Shown: positions 24,646 through 37,009 of the stretch, one piece after another
How positions within the stretch are numbered: the stretch's first letter is position 1
How the letters are laid out: every line of letters begins with the position of its first letter
Assembly: GCF_030684315.1 (NCBI RefSeq)
Contig: NC_081373.1
Location: 52,686,864 to 52,750,863 of the forward strand
Origin: Stegostoma tigrinum
Taxonomy: Eukaryota
Length of the DNA stretch: 64,000 nucleotides
Direction of reading: 5' to 3'
Notes under the pieces: model-generated
What the model saw: only the letters and a program-made list of their open reading frames with translations
Databases searched by the model: none
Told to the model about the DNA's origin: nothing
Translations under genes and position numbers: made by a program

Positions 24646-25519
24646 TGCATAGCCATCTTCCTCAGCCCTCTTTTCTGCTAGACCTCTTTCATAGTCCACT
24701 TCAACTAACTTTGAACTCATTCCTTTGTTAAAAGATCTGTCGAATTAAATCAGCTTCCAAGGGCTGACGCTTCCCCAAATTGGCACAATTTCTTTTTCAG
24801 CTACGTCTATATAAATATATTTCTTGACTGTTTTCAACAAAATGACACTTAGCCATTTGGCTGCTTCTAAATGAAGGCTATTGGAAGGCACAAGATCAAA
24901 AATTCATGATACATTCCAGGATCACTACCATAGGCTCGATATACATCACATTAAGTAGTTGCAATAGGCTTGAAGATGTAACAAAATTGAAAATATTTCC
25001 ATTTGACATTCCAAAAAGAGCAGTGTTGTGACAGTAAACATAGTTCTCTAATAACTGGTCAGTATAGAAAAGCTCCACTCCCACCTTGTCTGTGTTACCA
25101 AGAGAATCCAGTAAAGAGAAACAAAGTCTAACAGCCAGCAAATAAAGAAAAATCGTGCTATTCTGCTCTGCATTGCCTCCCACAGGGCTGTACATGCATT
25201 CGGGCTCATTCACACAAGCCATACTCCAACAGCAGAATAAACAGTGAAGGATTACAGAAAGGAAGCTGAACAAACAGACTTGGATCTGTGAAAATGAACC
25301 ACAGCTTTACAGAAATCATTAATAAATTAAAGTTTCTGCCAACTTGTCACCTTTGAGTTGATATTGTTAGGGCTGTTGTGGGTGGTACCAGTTTTGTCGA
25401 GGCTTTCACTTGTGTTTCTGGTGGGGTTGTTTCGTTGAGTTGCTAACAAGGGCCTTTTAGCTGCTCAGGCATTGTCTGTGCGGAGAAACAGTATTAACTA
25501 CTCAGGATGGGAGGCAGGG

Positions 25520-25640
25520 TTCTGCTGGAAGGTCACTCGCCCTGAAATGCTAACTGTCCTTTTCTCCGCACATGCTGCCTGACCTTATTTTCAGCACTTA
25601 TACCTTTTCATTTCAGATTTCCAGCAGTATTTTTGCTTTT
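25520..25640 (+). mobile_element. Penelope terminal-repeat fragment with decayed hammerhead
   Basis: TTCTGCTGGAAGGTCACTCGCCCTGAAATGCTAAC...CAGATTTCCAGCA. Confidence 0.55.
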
Positions 25641-26157
25641 GTAATAGTGGGCGGAATATTCCCAGCTCCTGAATGATGCGGACAGCGACGAGACAGTCAG
25701 GAATATACAGGAGAATGAGATTCCTGACTTCAACAATACGAAGGTCTGATTTTATGCACAAGGTTTCAACAGCCAGATGAGAATCTCACTAGTGTTTAGC
25801 AAGGGACCTTTCCAGACACTTTAACATCTCATTATTACCAAATCTCACCTCATTTATGGCAGGTTGCTATTGGCCCAGGTAACAATGAGGAACTCGCTGG
25901 CACCAGCTCCTGGTCAGAGTGGGTCCCAGGCAGTGGCAGATCACGACAGTACATGCAGTCTCACTTCTCTGAACCTTCAGCCTGGCCAGCATTCTCCATC
26001 ATCACAAGGCATGGTCCATGGGCAGTGATCACCTACACTTTTATGCCCACAGAGGTTGGCATCAGCAAAGCAGCTGCCTCACCACATCATCAGGGCACAT
26101 CTTGGACTAACTGAGGATACAGTTCAGTGTTTTGGAACTCACCAGCATCTTACATTG

Positions 26158-26470
26158 TAGAACAAAAAACAAAGAACAAAGAAAATTACAACACAGGAAC
26201 AGGCCCTTCGGCCCTCCAAGCCTGCGCCGATCCAGACCCTCTATCTAAACCTGTCGCCTATTTTCCAAGGATCTATATCCCTCTGCTCCCCACCCATTCA
26301 TGTATCTGTCTAGGTACATCTTAGATGACGCTATCATGCCCACCTCTACCACTTCCGCTGGCATTGCGTTCCAGGCACCCACCACCCTCCGCGTAAAGAA
26401 CTTTCCACGTACATCTCCCTTCAACTTTTCCCCTCTCGCCTTGAAATCGTGACCCCTAGTAATGCTTCCT
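26158..26470 (-). mobile_element. CR1 LINE 3' end
   Basis: TRGHDFKARGEKLKGDVRGKFFTRRVVGAWNAMP; AAAGAAC-type tail repeats. Confidence 0.9.
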
Positions 26471-26732
26471 CCAGGGACACTTTGCGCAGGCATCCACCGA
26501 CCCGACTATATGTTCTATGATCATGCTCCGTGTTCATTTTCTTAGAGCTCAATCACTTTGCACTTACTGGGATGCTCACAGAATCACTGCATTGACTTGC
26601 TGTTGATCCATTGCCACTTCATTCAGAGCCTTAAGGTGCTTCCATCTTGCCTTGCCTTGCCTTTTAGTACAGGCACAAAACAAGCAGCCTGCCACATTTG
26701 CCAGCACAGATCAGTCCAAGGGATGGGCATGT

Positions 26733-26975
26733 TCATAGAATCTCTATAAGTAGAGCCCATTCAGCCAATCGAGTCTCCAGACAGCATCCCACCCCCCGAT
26801 CCTAACCCTACCTATATTTCCCATGATTAATCTACATAGACACTACGGACAATTTAGCACAGCCAATCCACCTAGCCTGCACAGGCTTGGTCTGTGGGAG
26901 GATGATGGTGCAATTGAACCCAGGTCCCTGGCACGGTGAGGCAGGAGTACTGACCACTGAGCTGCAATGCTGCCC
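26733..26975 (-). mobile_element. HE1-type SINE, internally deleted
   Basis: GGACAATTTAGCACAGCCAATCCACC...CCCAGGTCCCTGGCACGGTGAGGCAG. Confidence 0.75.
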
Positions 26976-27169
26976 AGTGAATATTACTGTACGGCACAGT
27001 GCTATGTCAATCTCACCCTGACAGCATGCGCCAGCAGCTTACGTGATGACACTAGGAATGCACTTCAACCAAGTGGCCACATCTCAAGGTCAAAGGGAAG
27101 TAGTCCACCGTTACAGTGTGGGAGTGGGAGGATCGTGGGGGGTACCAGCACAGTAAGTCATGGGAGTCC

Positions 27170-27850
27170 GAAAGAAAAACAGAAATTGCTGGAGAAATCC
27201 ATTAGGTTCGGGAACAGTTGGCAGTATGAGGGCTGGGGGTTTGAGATGGATAAAAAGGAAGCGATGGATGGAAGCAGAGCCAGAGGGAGAGAAGGACATT
27301 TAGGACATCAAAGGGATGGACAATGGGAAGCCAAGGAGAAATCAAAGTTGTTAATGGGGACCATTGGTGGGTGACAATGGCTTGGTTATGCTAAGAGCAG
27401 CCCATGTGATGACAGGACTGGGGTGTGGGGTGAGTAAAGGACATGGAAGATGGTATTCAGACCCTAAAGTTATTGAACTCAGTGTTGATTCATGAATGCT
27501 GCAGGATTCTCAAGTGGAAAGCTAGCACTGATCTTCACTGAAGCACTGTAGCATAACTGAGACAGAGATGTTGGCCAGAGTGTGCTGAGGTGGCAGGCAA
27601 GTGGAAGCTCGGGGTCATTTCTACGGACAGTACATAGATGTTCCAGAAAGCTGTTGTACAGCATGTGTTATGTCTCCCCAGTGTAGAGGAGACCACATTG
27701 TGAACAGCAACTGCTGCAGACTATATTAAGTAAAGTGCAAGTAAATTGCTGCTTTATCTGCAAGGGATGCCTGGGGCCTTGGCTAGTGAGGAAGGAGGAG
27801 GTAAATGGGCGGGTGTTACACATTCCGTAATTGCATAGGAAGGGAATCTG
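27170..27850 (-). mobile_element. Penelope-like element relic (GIY-YIG region)
   Basis: Minus translation FTCT...CSQCGLLYTGET...FLEHLCTVRRNDPELPLACH is homologous to ORF 18925-19332. Confidence 0.8.
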
Positions 27851-28469
27851 CCCAAGGGTTGGACATCATCTGCTGGCCACTTTGGTTGATCAGGGTGAGG
27901 GGTATTTCTCATTCCAGTCCGCAGGGTGGACTATGGTCAGTCCTGTTAGTTAAGCCCAATCAGTCTGGGGATTAGAGCTGCACAGATATCAGAAAGGGGT
28001 CTGATCAGCCAACAGCCAGGACAGTCATTCCAAACCATAGTCAGTCCTGGGCATCTGTTCACTGAAAGTCATGGGGGGTGTTTAACAGAAGTTAGGGAAA
28101 TCAGTCGTGTGAATTAGAAGCAGCGTGTAAAGATGCAGAGGGGATAATAATTCAGGGAGTAACCCAACATATCAGGGTGGAATATGATAGATCATTGGAG
28201 GGATTGGGATGCAACAGGATAGAATGTCCCCAATGGTCACTACCATGATGGTTTCCACTTGGGCACAATGCATTGCCAAATTTGGCAATAACTGGGCTGC
28301 AGGCCTAGAGCTCAGGGAGTAACGCACAGGGAGTAACGTAAGAATGAGTTGTATAAGAGGGATGTGTGGAAATATGGGTCGGCTCAAATATGATGAGATT
28401 GAAGATTTTGGTTGGGGGATGGTCACGTCTGAGCCTGCAGTTCACTTCATGAAATGCTACCATCCTTAT

Positions 28470-28700
28470 CCAAATCATAAAACCATGAAACAGCTTATAA
28501 AACAGCAATTACTACTCCTAGAATTCATGGAAATCAGCTCTAACACCAAAATTACCCCAAAAAAGGAGTGGCATTTACAACCACAGTTTTATCCTGTCCT
28601 CTGTCTCCTACTGAAGTGAAAATGGCTGCAGTGTTTCCCCTACCAACTCCTGTTCAAATGACTGGGAATCTGAGGCAAAAGCTGGGAATTCTTCCATGAA
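28470..28700 (-). mobile_element. CR1 5' UTR fragment
   Basis: Reverse complement of ~31405-31635, which leads into CR1 ORF1. Confidence 0.7.
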
Positions 28701-28705
28701 CAATT

Positions 28706-29470
28706 ACATATGTGGTGGAGTAGAATGCTTCAAATGGATCTCATCTGCTCCATTTGTTTTATTTTACTTTTGTTCCCTCCTTTTTCTTCTCTTTTTGTGT
28801 GTTTCTTTTCTGTACCTCTTCTTTCTTCTCCTAACCAAGGATTTCTCAGCCTCCAGCCTGGCAGAGCAACCTCCTAGCCTGGTGGGGCGGTCTTTCAGCA
28901 CAACATGGCAACCTTTTGACTCACATGGCGGACTCTCAGCCCAGTGTGGCAGACTCTCAGCCCAGCGTGGTGGACTCTCAGCCCAGCGTGGCAGATCTCA
29001 GCCCAGCATTTCGGACCCTCAGCCCAGCATTTCGGACTCTCAGCCCAGCATTTCGGACTCTCAGCCCAGTGTGGCAGACTCTCAGCCCAGTGTGGCGAAC
29101 TCTCAGCTCAGCGTGGTCCCAGCATGGCAGACTCTCAGCCCAGCATTTTGGACTCTCAGCCCAGTGTGGCAGACTCTCAGCCCAGTGTGGCGAACTCTCA
29201 GCTCAGCTTTGGTCCCAGCATGGCAGAATCTCAGCCCAGCATGGCGCGGACTCTCAGCCCAGCATTTCGAACTCTCAGCCCAGCAGCCCAGCATTTCGGA
29301 CTCTCAGCCCAGCATTTCAGACTCTCAGCCCAGCATGGCTGACTCTACCATGCTCGTAAGATTCTGTACCTAGGCACTTGTATCTAAGAGGATGCCTTTT
29401 TGCCACTTTTCACCGTACTCCTGTACTTGAGTATATGTGACAATAAAATCAAAATCAAAAAATCAAATAA
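28706..29470 (+). mobile_element. Non-autonomous VNTR-containing retroposon with Rex1-like tail
   Basis: Head ATGTGGTGGAGTAGAATGCTTCAAAT, pyrimidine tract, 21-22-bp array, tail CACTTTTCACCGTACTCCTGTACTTGAGTATATGTGACAATAAAATCAAAATC. Confidence 0.75.
28920..29346 (+). repeat. 21-22-bp minisatellite (GACTCTCAGCCCAGCATGGCA-like), ~20 units
   Basis: Directly visible tandem units. Confidence 0.93.
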
Positions 29471-29649
29471 AACCAGTTACATGAATCAGGAATTTACGCA
29501 TTGCAAAAACATTTATAAGTGTAGAGTCATAGAAGTTGACCTCATGCAGGGACCAGCTGTGTGGACTAAAATTCCTGGCCTCAAGCAATCTTGACCCTGC
29601 TATAAGAAATTATACCGTGATCCTATTAATGGCTATGAAGCAGCAGTAA

Positions 29650-30870
29650 TGTCAGACACAAAGTTTCACCCACACTCCACAACTCACAATCACATTCCAC
29701 GGTCTTATAACCTGCACAAAGTCCATGAACTGCCCTTACCTCGACTTTAAAATATCCACACTACTATGGAACTTGCAAATGCCACCTTTCTCGAATAACG
29801 TGACGGGTGGAATTAAGGAGAGTAGTTGTCATTCTTTCTATCATGTATGCAATCTCCTAATGGATGCATTCTACAGGGTTTATTCTACTGAATCAGGTCT
29901 ACTATGTAGACTTGCAATGTCCTCGTTGTTGAAAGCCTCCATGTCCAAATATTTGGATGACGGTGGTTACGTGTCTTTTGTGTGAGCTCCTGATCAGATT
30001 ATGGAGGAGCCGTTTTGTTACTGTTATTTCCCACACAGTCTCATCTGGACAGTCAACAATGGATCAGGCACGGAAGCTGTTACCAACTCAGTGACTACAC
30101 TATGCTGCAAGCATCCACAGAAATAGATGTGGAACATTACTGTTCTCATACCTTGGCAGTTTGTTATTTCCATCAGTCTCTGAGTCAGCATTACATACAT
30201 AGTCCTTTAACCATGATTGATGTCTTCATCTTGGCTGTTCATCTGAGTGACGTTTCGTCTGTGGGTGAGAGTCATTCCTGTATTATTTGTTGTTTATTGT
30301 GGTAGGTGTTCTATTTCTGTTGTTGGGTTTGCTGTGGACCCGTATGTCTGATAGTAGGTGTGCGATATGTGTCAGTGCCACATTCATCTCTTCTCAATCA
30401 GCCACAATCAGCTGAGGAACAGCTTTCTGCAGTCCACCATTTGTACCTGTGATTGCGATGATATATCTGTTGTTCAATCCCACCTTGTAAGATCGAGGTG
30501 ACAACTGCTCCAAGCAGATCCCAAATTGTCACTTGGGCTGACTTTTGCTGAGGTCATTGAACGTTTGCACCCTGAAGGGATCTCAATTCTTCGGCCGTCC
30601 TTTCGGAATTAAATTGGCTTTCTGCTGAACATTCACTCATACTTATTGTGACGTCAGTCTTCAGCAGCTTTGTCAGAATTGGAACAGTGTTTTGTGAACA
30701 GCACGACTTTGTACGAGACTAACTCCAAGTCTTCAGTACAAGTGCTTCTTCTACTCAAGGATTACCTTGTACAGGTCTGTGTTGGATTTGATCAATTTCC
30801 TTGTAATTCCTTCAATAATTTTCAATGCTGCATCAGCATTTCCATCCTTCTGCTCTTCAGACAGTGTTAA
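29650..30870. mobile_element. Old Penelope-like relic(s)
   Basis: PRSYNLHKVH at ~29697 resembles the Penelope RT motif PRFYGLPKVH; GACGTTTCG terminal-repeat signature at ~30249. Very decayed. Confidence 0.45.
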
Positions 30871-30964
30871 GGTGGAATATATTTTGACAAAATCTCAACA
30901 GTGATAAAAGTGTTGTGAATTGTTCTAGTTTGTTCAAAAATTTTGTTGTTATCACATAATTCTG

Positions 30965-31400
30965 GTTTGATTTGATTTTTTGATTTTGATTTTATTGTCA
31001 CATATACTCAAGTACAGGAGTATGGTGAAAAGTGGCATAAAGGCATCCTCTCAGGTACAAGCAACCAGGTACAGAATCTTGATAGCATTGTAGAAATAAA
31101 GAACAAAGTTAAAAGTTAAACATTGCAGTAATTATAGTATAGCACAAAACAGATGAAATAAGGTTAAAAGTTACACATTGCAGACATTCTTAGTAAGTAG
31201 AACATAAAGGAATAAAGTTGTAAGTTCAAACAAACTGTAATGTTTCCTGAGGGGGAACTGCACTTCGAAGAATCACCTCGAGACCGGAATTCTGTGCTGA
31301 AGTCATGCAAAAATGAGAAGTAGAAGGAGAGAAAAAAGAAAAGAAAACAGATAGAGCGGATGTGATCTATTTGAAGCATTCTACTCCACAGGCATCTGTC
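30965..31400 (-). mobile_element. Same retroposon family as 28706-29470, without the GC-rich VNTR
   Basis: Near-identical tail and head (GTGGAGTAGAATGCTTCAAATAGATC) on the minus strand. Confidence 0.75.
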
Positions 31401-31404
31401 GTTC

Positions 31405-34400
31405 TTCCTCATGGAAGAATTCACAGCCTTTACCTCAGATTCCCTGTCACTTCAGCAGGACTTGGTAGGGGATAAACTGCAGCCATTTTCACTTCAGTAG
31501 GAGACGGAGGACGAGATAAAATTGTGGCTACAAATGCTACTCCTTTTTTGAGGTATTTTCGGCGTTGGAGCAGATTTCCTTGAATTCTAGGAGCAGTAAT
31601 TAGTATTTTATAAGCTGTTGCATTGTTTTGGAACTTTGAGAAAATGAAAGATCAAGGTCATGGCGGTTAAAAAGGAGGAAGAGAGTCAAAGGTAGTGGCT
31701 ACATGGGAAGTGAAACAAATGGAGCAGTAAACCTGCACAGCTAACAGCCTCTGCTATTTGGTTTCAAGCTTCTCTGGGAATTGGAGTTTGTCTAAGAAAA
31801 ATTAATAAACAGCAAAATTTATAGTTTGCCTTGGAGAAACTTGTGTGGGGGAGCTCACAGCCAGGGAGCAGCTAAGTGGCTAGTTTTAAGTCTAACCTTA
31901 CTGTTTCTTTGTAAATCTGCAACAGTGAATAGAGTGGGTTCTTTTTGATTGTATGTTTTTATTGTGAGCTGTTTCTTGAATAAACTTTAAAAATATAAAA
32001 ACATAGGTACTAAGTTAGCCTGGAGCAGTGTTTTTAGAGCGATAAGACTGGGTTATCTCTGGTTCTATAGATTGTTAAGTTGCAAATATGGTCTTTAGTA
32101 GAGTGATGTGCTCTTCCTGTCAGATGTGGGAGATTAGGGAGAGGTTCTATGTTACTGATGATTATGTCTGCAGGAAGCATGCTTGGTTGCAAACCCTATC
32201 GGGCAGCATGGATTGGTTGGAGCTGCAGTTAGAGGCTACGAGGAATTTACAGGAGCCTGGGATCGCAGTTGCAAGGAGAAGAGATAAACTGAAGACGCAG
32301 TCAGGTAGATGGGTGACCTCAAGGAAAAGTAAGAGAAGGAGACAGGTAGTGCAAGAGCCTCCTGTGGCAATCCCCATCACAAACAAGTATGCTGTTTTAG
32401 AAAATATAGGGGGTGTTGGACTCATAGGGAAATATAGCACTGACTAACAGGTCTCTGGTACCAAGACTGGCCTAATGTAATGAGGGATATGCCAGGTTCC
32501 AAGCGATTAATTGTGATAGGGGACTCTCTAGTCAGAGGCACAGACAGATGTTTCTGTGGCCAACCACGAGACATCAGAATGGTTGCTGCCTCTCTCTTGT
32601 CAGGATATTTCAGAGAGGGGGCAGAATAGTCTCAAAGGGGAGTGGAACCAGTAGAAGGTCATTGTACATGTTGGAATTAATGACATAGGGCAAGAAAGGA
32701 ACAAGATTCTGAAGAGAGAATAGAGGAAATTAGGCAAGAATTTCAAAAGGCGGTTCACAAGTGTATTAGTATCTGGAATAAGCCCTGTGCCATGAGCTAG
32801 TGAGGGTAGGAATTGGAGAATAAATAAATGCATTACTGAGGAGGAGGTAGTGCAGGGGAAAAGGATTCACATTATTGGATCATTGGTATCTTTCGTGAGG
32901 CAGAAGTAACCTCCATAAGAAGGATGGATTCCACCTGAATTGAAAGGGGACTAATATACTGGTGGGGAGATTTGCTAGATCTGCTCAGGAGACTTTAAAC
33001 TAGTAAGGGTTATGGGGAACCCAGGGAGATAGTGAGGAAAGAGAGCAGTGCGAGACTGGTACATGTGGGAAAAGGATTAAATCAAACAGTCAGGGCAGGC
33101 AGGATCAAAGCAGAAAATGAGGTAGGACTGATAAATTAAACTGTATTTATTTCAATGTGAGAGGCCTAACAGGTTGGACGGGTGATCTCAGGGCATGGTT
33201 AGGAACATGGGACTGGGATATCATAGCAATTACAGAACACTGGCGCAGGGATGGACAGGACTGGCAGCTTAATGTTCCGGGGTATAAATGCTACAGGAAG
33301 GTTAGAAAGGTTGGGAAGAGAAGAGGGAAAGTGGCATTTTTCATTATGGATAAAATTATGGCTGTACCTAGGGATGATATTCCTGGAAGTACATCCAGAA
33401 AGGTCAGTTGGGTGGAACTGAGAAATAAGAAATGATTACCTTATTGGATTACCTTATTACCTAATAGACTGCAGGAAATTGAGAAACAAATTTGTAAGGA
33501 GATCTCCGTTATCTGTAAGGATAATAGGGTGGTTATGGTAGGGGGGTTTTAATTTTCCAAACATAGACTGAAACTGCCATAGTGTTCACAACTTGGATGG
33601 AGAGGAATTTGTTAAGTGTGTACAAGGAAATTCTCTGATTAAGCATGTGGATGTACCTACTAGAGAAGGTGCAAAATTTGACTTACTCTTGGGAAATAAG
33701 ACAGGGCAGGTGACTGAGGAGTCAGTGGGGGAGCATTTTGGGGCCAGTGACCATAATTTTATGGAAAAGGATAAGGTCTAAAAATTAAAGTTCTAAATTG
33801 GAGGAAGGCCAATTTTGATGATATGAGGCAAGAACTTTCAAAAGGCAGATGGGCAGTTATTTGCAGGTAAATGGATGGTTGGAAAGTGGGAAGCCTTCAA
33901 AACTGAAGTTACAGGAGTCCAGAGACAGCATGTTCCTGTTAGGCTGAAGGGCAACGCTGGTAGGTGTAGGGAATGCAGGATCACTCAAGGGGAAGCGCAT
34001 GTCAGGTACAGATGGCAGAGAGTGATTGAATCCCAGAACTGTAACAAGGCAGTGGGAGTATACTTAAGAAGGAAACCATGAGGGCAAAGAGGGGACACAA
34101 GATAGCTTTGGCAAATAAGGCTAAGGAGAATCCAAAGGGATTCTACAAATACATTAAACAAAAAGGGTAACTAGGGAGAGAATACAGCCCCTTAAAGATC
34201 AGCAAGGCCACTTATGTGTAGAACGGCAGGAAATGGGTGAGATACGAAATGAGTATTTTACATCAGTGTTTACTGTGGAGAAGCATATGGAAGATAGAAC
34301 ATAGAACATAGAACATAGAACATTACAGCACAGTACAGGCCCTTTGGCCCTCGATGTTGTGCCGACCTGTCATACCGATCTGAAGCCCATCTAACCTACA

Positions 34401-35970
34401 CTATTCCATGTACGTCCATATGCTTGTCCAATGACGACTTAAATGTACCTAAAGTTGGTGAATCTACTACCGTTGCAGGCAAAGCGTTCCATTCCCTTAC
34501 TACTCTCAGACTAAAGAAACTACCTCTGACATCCGTCCTATATCTTTCACCCCTCAATTTAAAGCTATGACCCCTCGTGCTCGCCGTCACCATCCTAGGA
34601 AAAAGGCTCTCCCTATCCACCCTATCTAACCCTCTGATTATTTTATATGTTTCAATTAAGTCACCTCTCAACCTTCTTCTCTCTAATGAAAATAGCCTCA
34701 AGTCCCTTAGCCTTTCCTCATAAGACCTTCCCTCCATACCAGGCAACATCCTAGTAAATCTCCTCTGCACCCTTTCCAAAGCTTCCACATCCTTCTTATA
34801 ATGCGGTGACCAGAACTGTACGCAATACTCCAAGTGCGGCCACACCAGAGTTTTGTACAGCTTCACTATAACCTCTTGGTTCCGGAACTCGATCCCTCTA
34901 TTAATAAAAGCTAAAACACTGTATGCCTTCTTAACAGCCCTGTCAACCTGGGTGGCAACTTTCAAGAATCTGTGTACATGGACACCGAGATCTCTCTGCT
35001 CATCTACACTGCTAAGAATCTTACCATTAGCCCTGTACTTTGCCTTCCAGTTACTCCTACCAAAGTGCATCACCTCACACTTGTCTGCATTAAACTCCAT
35101 TTGCCACCTCTCAGCCCAGCACTGCAGCTTATCTATGTCTCTCTGCAACCTACAGCATCCTTCGTCACTATCCACAACTCCACCAACCTTAGTGTCATCT
35201 GCAAATTTACTAACCCATCCTTCTACGCCCTCATCCAGGTCATTTCTAAAAATGACAAACAGCAGTGGACCCAACACCGACCCTTGCGGTACACCACTAG
35301 TAACTGGTCTCCAGGCTGAACATTTCCCATCAACTATCACCCTCTGTCTTCTTTCAGCAAGCCAATTTCCAATCCAAACTGCTATATCTCCCACAATTCC
35401 ATTCCTCCGCATTTTGTACAATAGTCTATTGTGGGGAACCTTATTGAACGCCTTGCTGAAATCCATATACACCACATCAACCGGTTTACTCTCATCTACC
35501 TGTTTGGTCACCTTCTCAAAGAACTCGATAAGATTTGTGAGACACGAACTTCCCTTCACAAAACCGTGCTGACTATCCCTAATAAATTTATTCTTTTCTA
35601 GATGATTATAAATCCTATCCCTTATAACCTTTTCCAACACTTTACCAACAACTGAGGTAAGAATTGTGGGGAAATAAACAGCAACACCTTGAAAACCGTC
35701 CATATTATTGAGGAGGAGGCACTGAATGTCTTAAAATGCATAAAGATGGATAAATCCAAGGACCTGATCAGGCGTACCCTAGAACTCAGTGGGCAGTGAG
35801 GGAAGGGATTACTGGGTCTCTTCCTGAGATATTTGTATCATCGATAGCCACGGGAGAGGTGCTGGGAGGCTGAAGGTTGGCTGACATGGTGCCACTATTT
35901 AAGAAAGGTGGTCAGGAAAAGCCAGGGAACTATAGGCTGGTGAGCCTGACATCGGTGATGGGCATGTTGT
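31405..35970 (+). mobile_element. Long decayed CR1 LINE (5'UTR, ORF1, ORF2 N-terminal half), interrupted at ~34297-35659
   Basis: ORF1 from 32088 (CSSCQMW...CRK zinc finger, then SGNH-esterase-like IVIGDSLVRG and DGFHLN). ORF2 endonuclease motifs WDIIAITE, PTREGAKFDLLLGN and SDHN. Resumes at 35660 through PLFKKGGQEKPGNYR. Many stops. Confidence 0.9.
34293..35659 (-). mobile_element. Young 5'-truncated CR1 LINE with open RT frame
   Basis: About 420 uninterrupted codons (QHGF, YMDFSKAF, GVPQGSVLGP, FADD, YCVQFWSP), stop at 34396, (ATAGAAC)n tail. Confidence 0.95.
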
Positions 35971-35974
35971 TGCC

Positions 35975-36760
35975 CACCATCACCATGTGACAATCTCCTT
36001 GCACTAGGGCAAGGATTACCTCCTGACCAGGGCATCCTCTCCTGTGCCTTGACCCTCTCTGCTCTGGTGTGGGCCATTTTCTCCTTGAATAAGGTGAAGG
36101 ATTGAGAGAGTCGAAAGTGGCCAGTAACAGGTGTGAGCATTGGTTCAGGGGGAAGAGGAAACCTGCTGTATGAGTGAATAGAGAGAGGGTAGGAAGGGTT
36201 AGAATCTGGGACATGGGATGGATGAGAGGAAGAGTACTTGAGGGAAGAAGATGTGTGCAATGATGGGAGAGGCAGATGGTGAGCCTTTGTGGGAGTGTGT
36301 GCACTGGCAAATAAGGAGTGCACAAGAGAGGGCAGAGAGGAGATGATCGGCATCCTTGCAGACTGCTGACATTCGTTCACTTTCTTCCTTGTATCACTGG
36401 GTATTCCTGGACACCATACTGACACAGGTGCCTGCTGTAGACCAGGCTGGCAAGCTTTGGCACTACGGGCTCCTCTGGCATTCCTCAGGAAAGAGGTTGG
36501 CTTTTCCGTCCACCAGCCCATCCACCCCTGTCAGAAAAACGAGGTGCCAACAAGCCATCTCGGCCACAATCTTTGCCAGCCTACAGCTGTGAATGGCTAT
36601 TCCTGGTTCATGCGTGTTTGATTGGTTCACCAGATGGGTTTCAAATATGGCACCAACAGCTGGAAACATGGCACGTCCCAGCAGCGGGGAGTGAGGGCAA
36701 GAATGGAGCTCCGGAGGCATGGTGCACAAGTTAAGTGTCATTAAATTGGATGGCAAAACC
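35975..36760 (-). pseudogene. Harbinger Myb/SANT-like DNA-binding gene relic
   Basis: GVDGLVDGKANLFPEE, then TRKKVNECQQSAR, then EKMAHTRAERVK, resembling Myb/SANT 'LV...R..VLF', 'CRKKVNDL..AR' and 'EKLAHNRRER' blocks. Confidence 0.65.
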
Positions 36761-37009
36761 AACTAGACTTTACAGAGAGCTACATTCCTTGAAACAGCAT
36801 AAAATTGACTACTCAGGTAAAATTTGGGAAAAACTCAGCCCAATCCACCAGCTGCCTCTGGAATGTAGATATTTGTAACCATTTCTAGGTTAGGGCATGT
36901 TAGCCGTCCCTTCCGACAAGGGTGTACAATTGTTTCTTGGATGTGGGGTTTTAGCTGTTTCTAGGATGCATTTTCTATTGCTGAGGTCTTCTTCACATAT
37001 TCATTTGTT

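Noticed and set aside
21391-29346. CRISPR-like appearance of the short periodic repeats
   Set aside because: No unique spacers, no cas genes, and a eukaryotic context.
28696-29373. 225-aa ORF with a hydrophobic N-terminus and SQPS repeats
   Set aside because: The hydrophobic stretch is a translated polypyrimidine tract, and the repeats shift frame between units.
34853-35572. 239-aa plus-strand ORF
   Set aside because: Antisense shadow of the CR1 RT frame.
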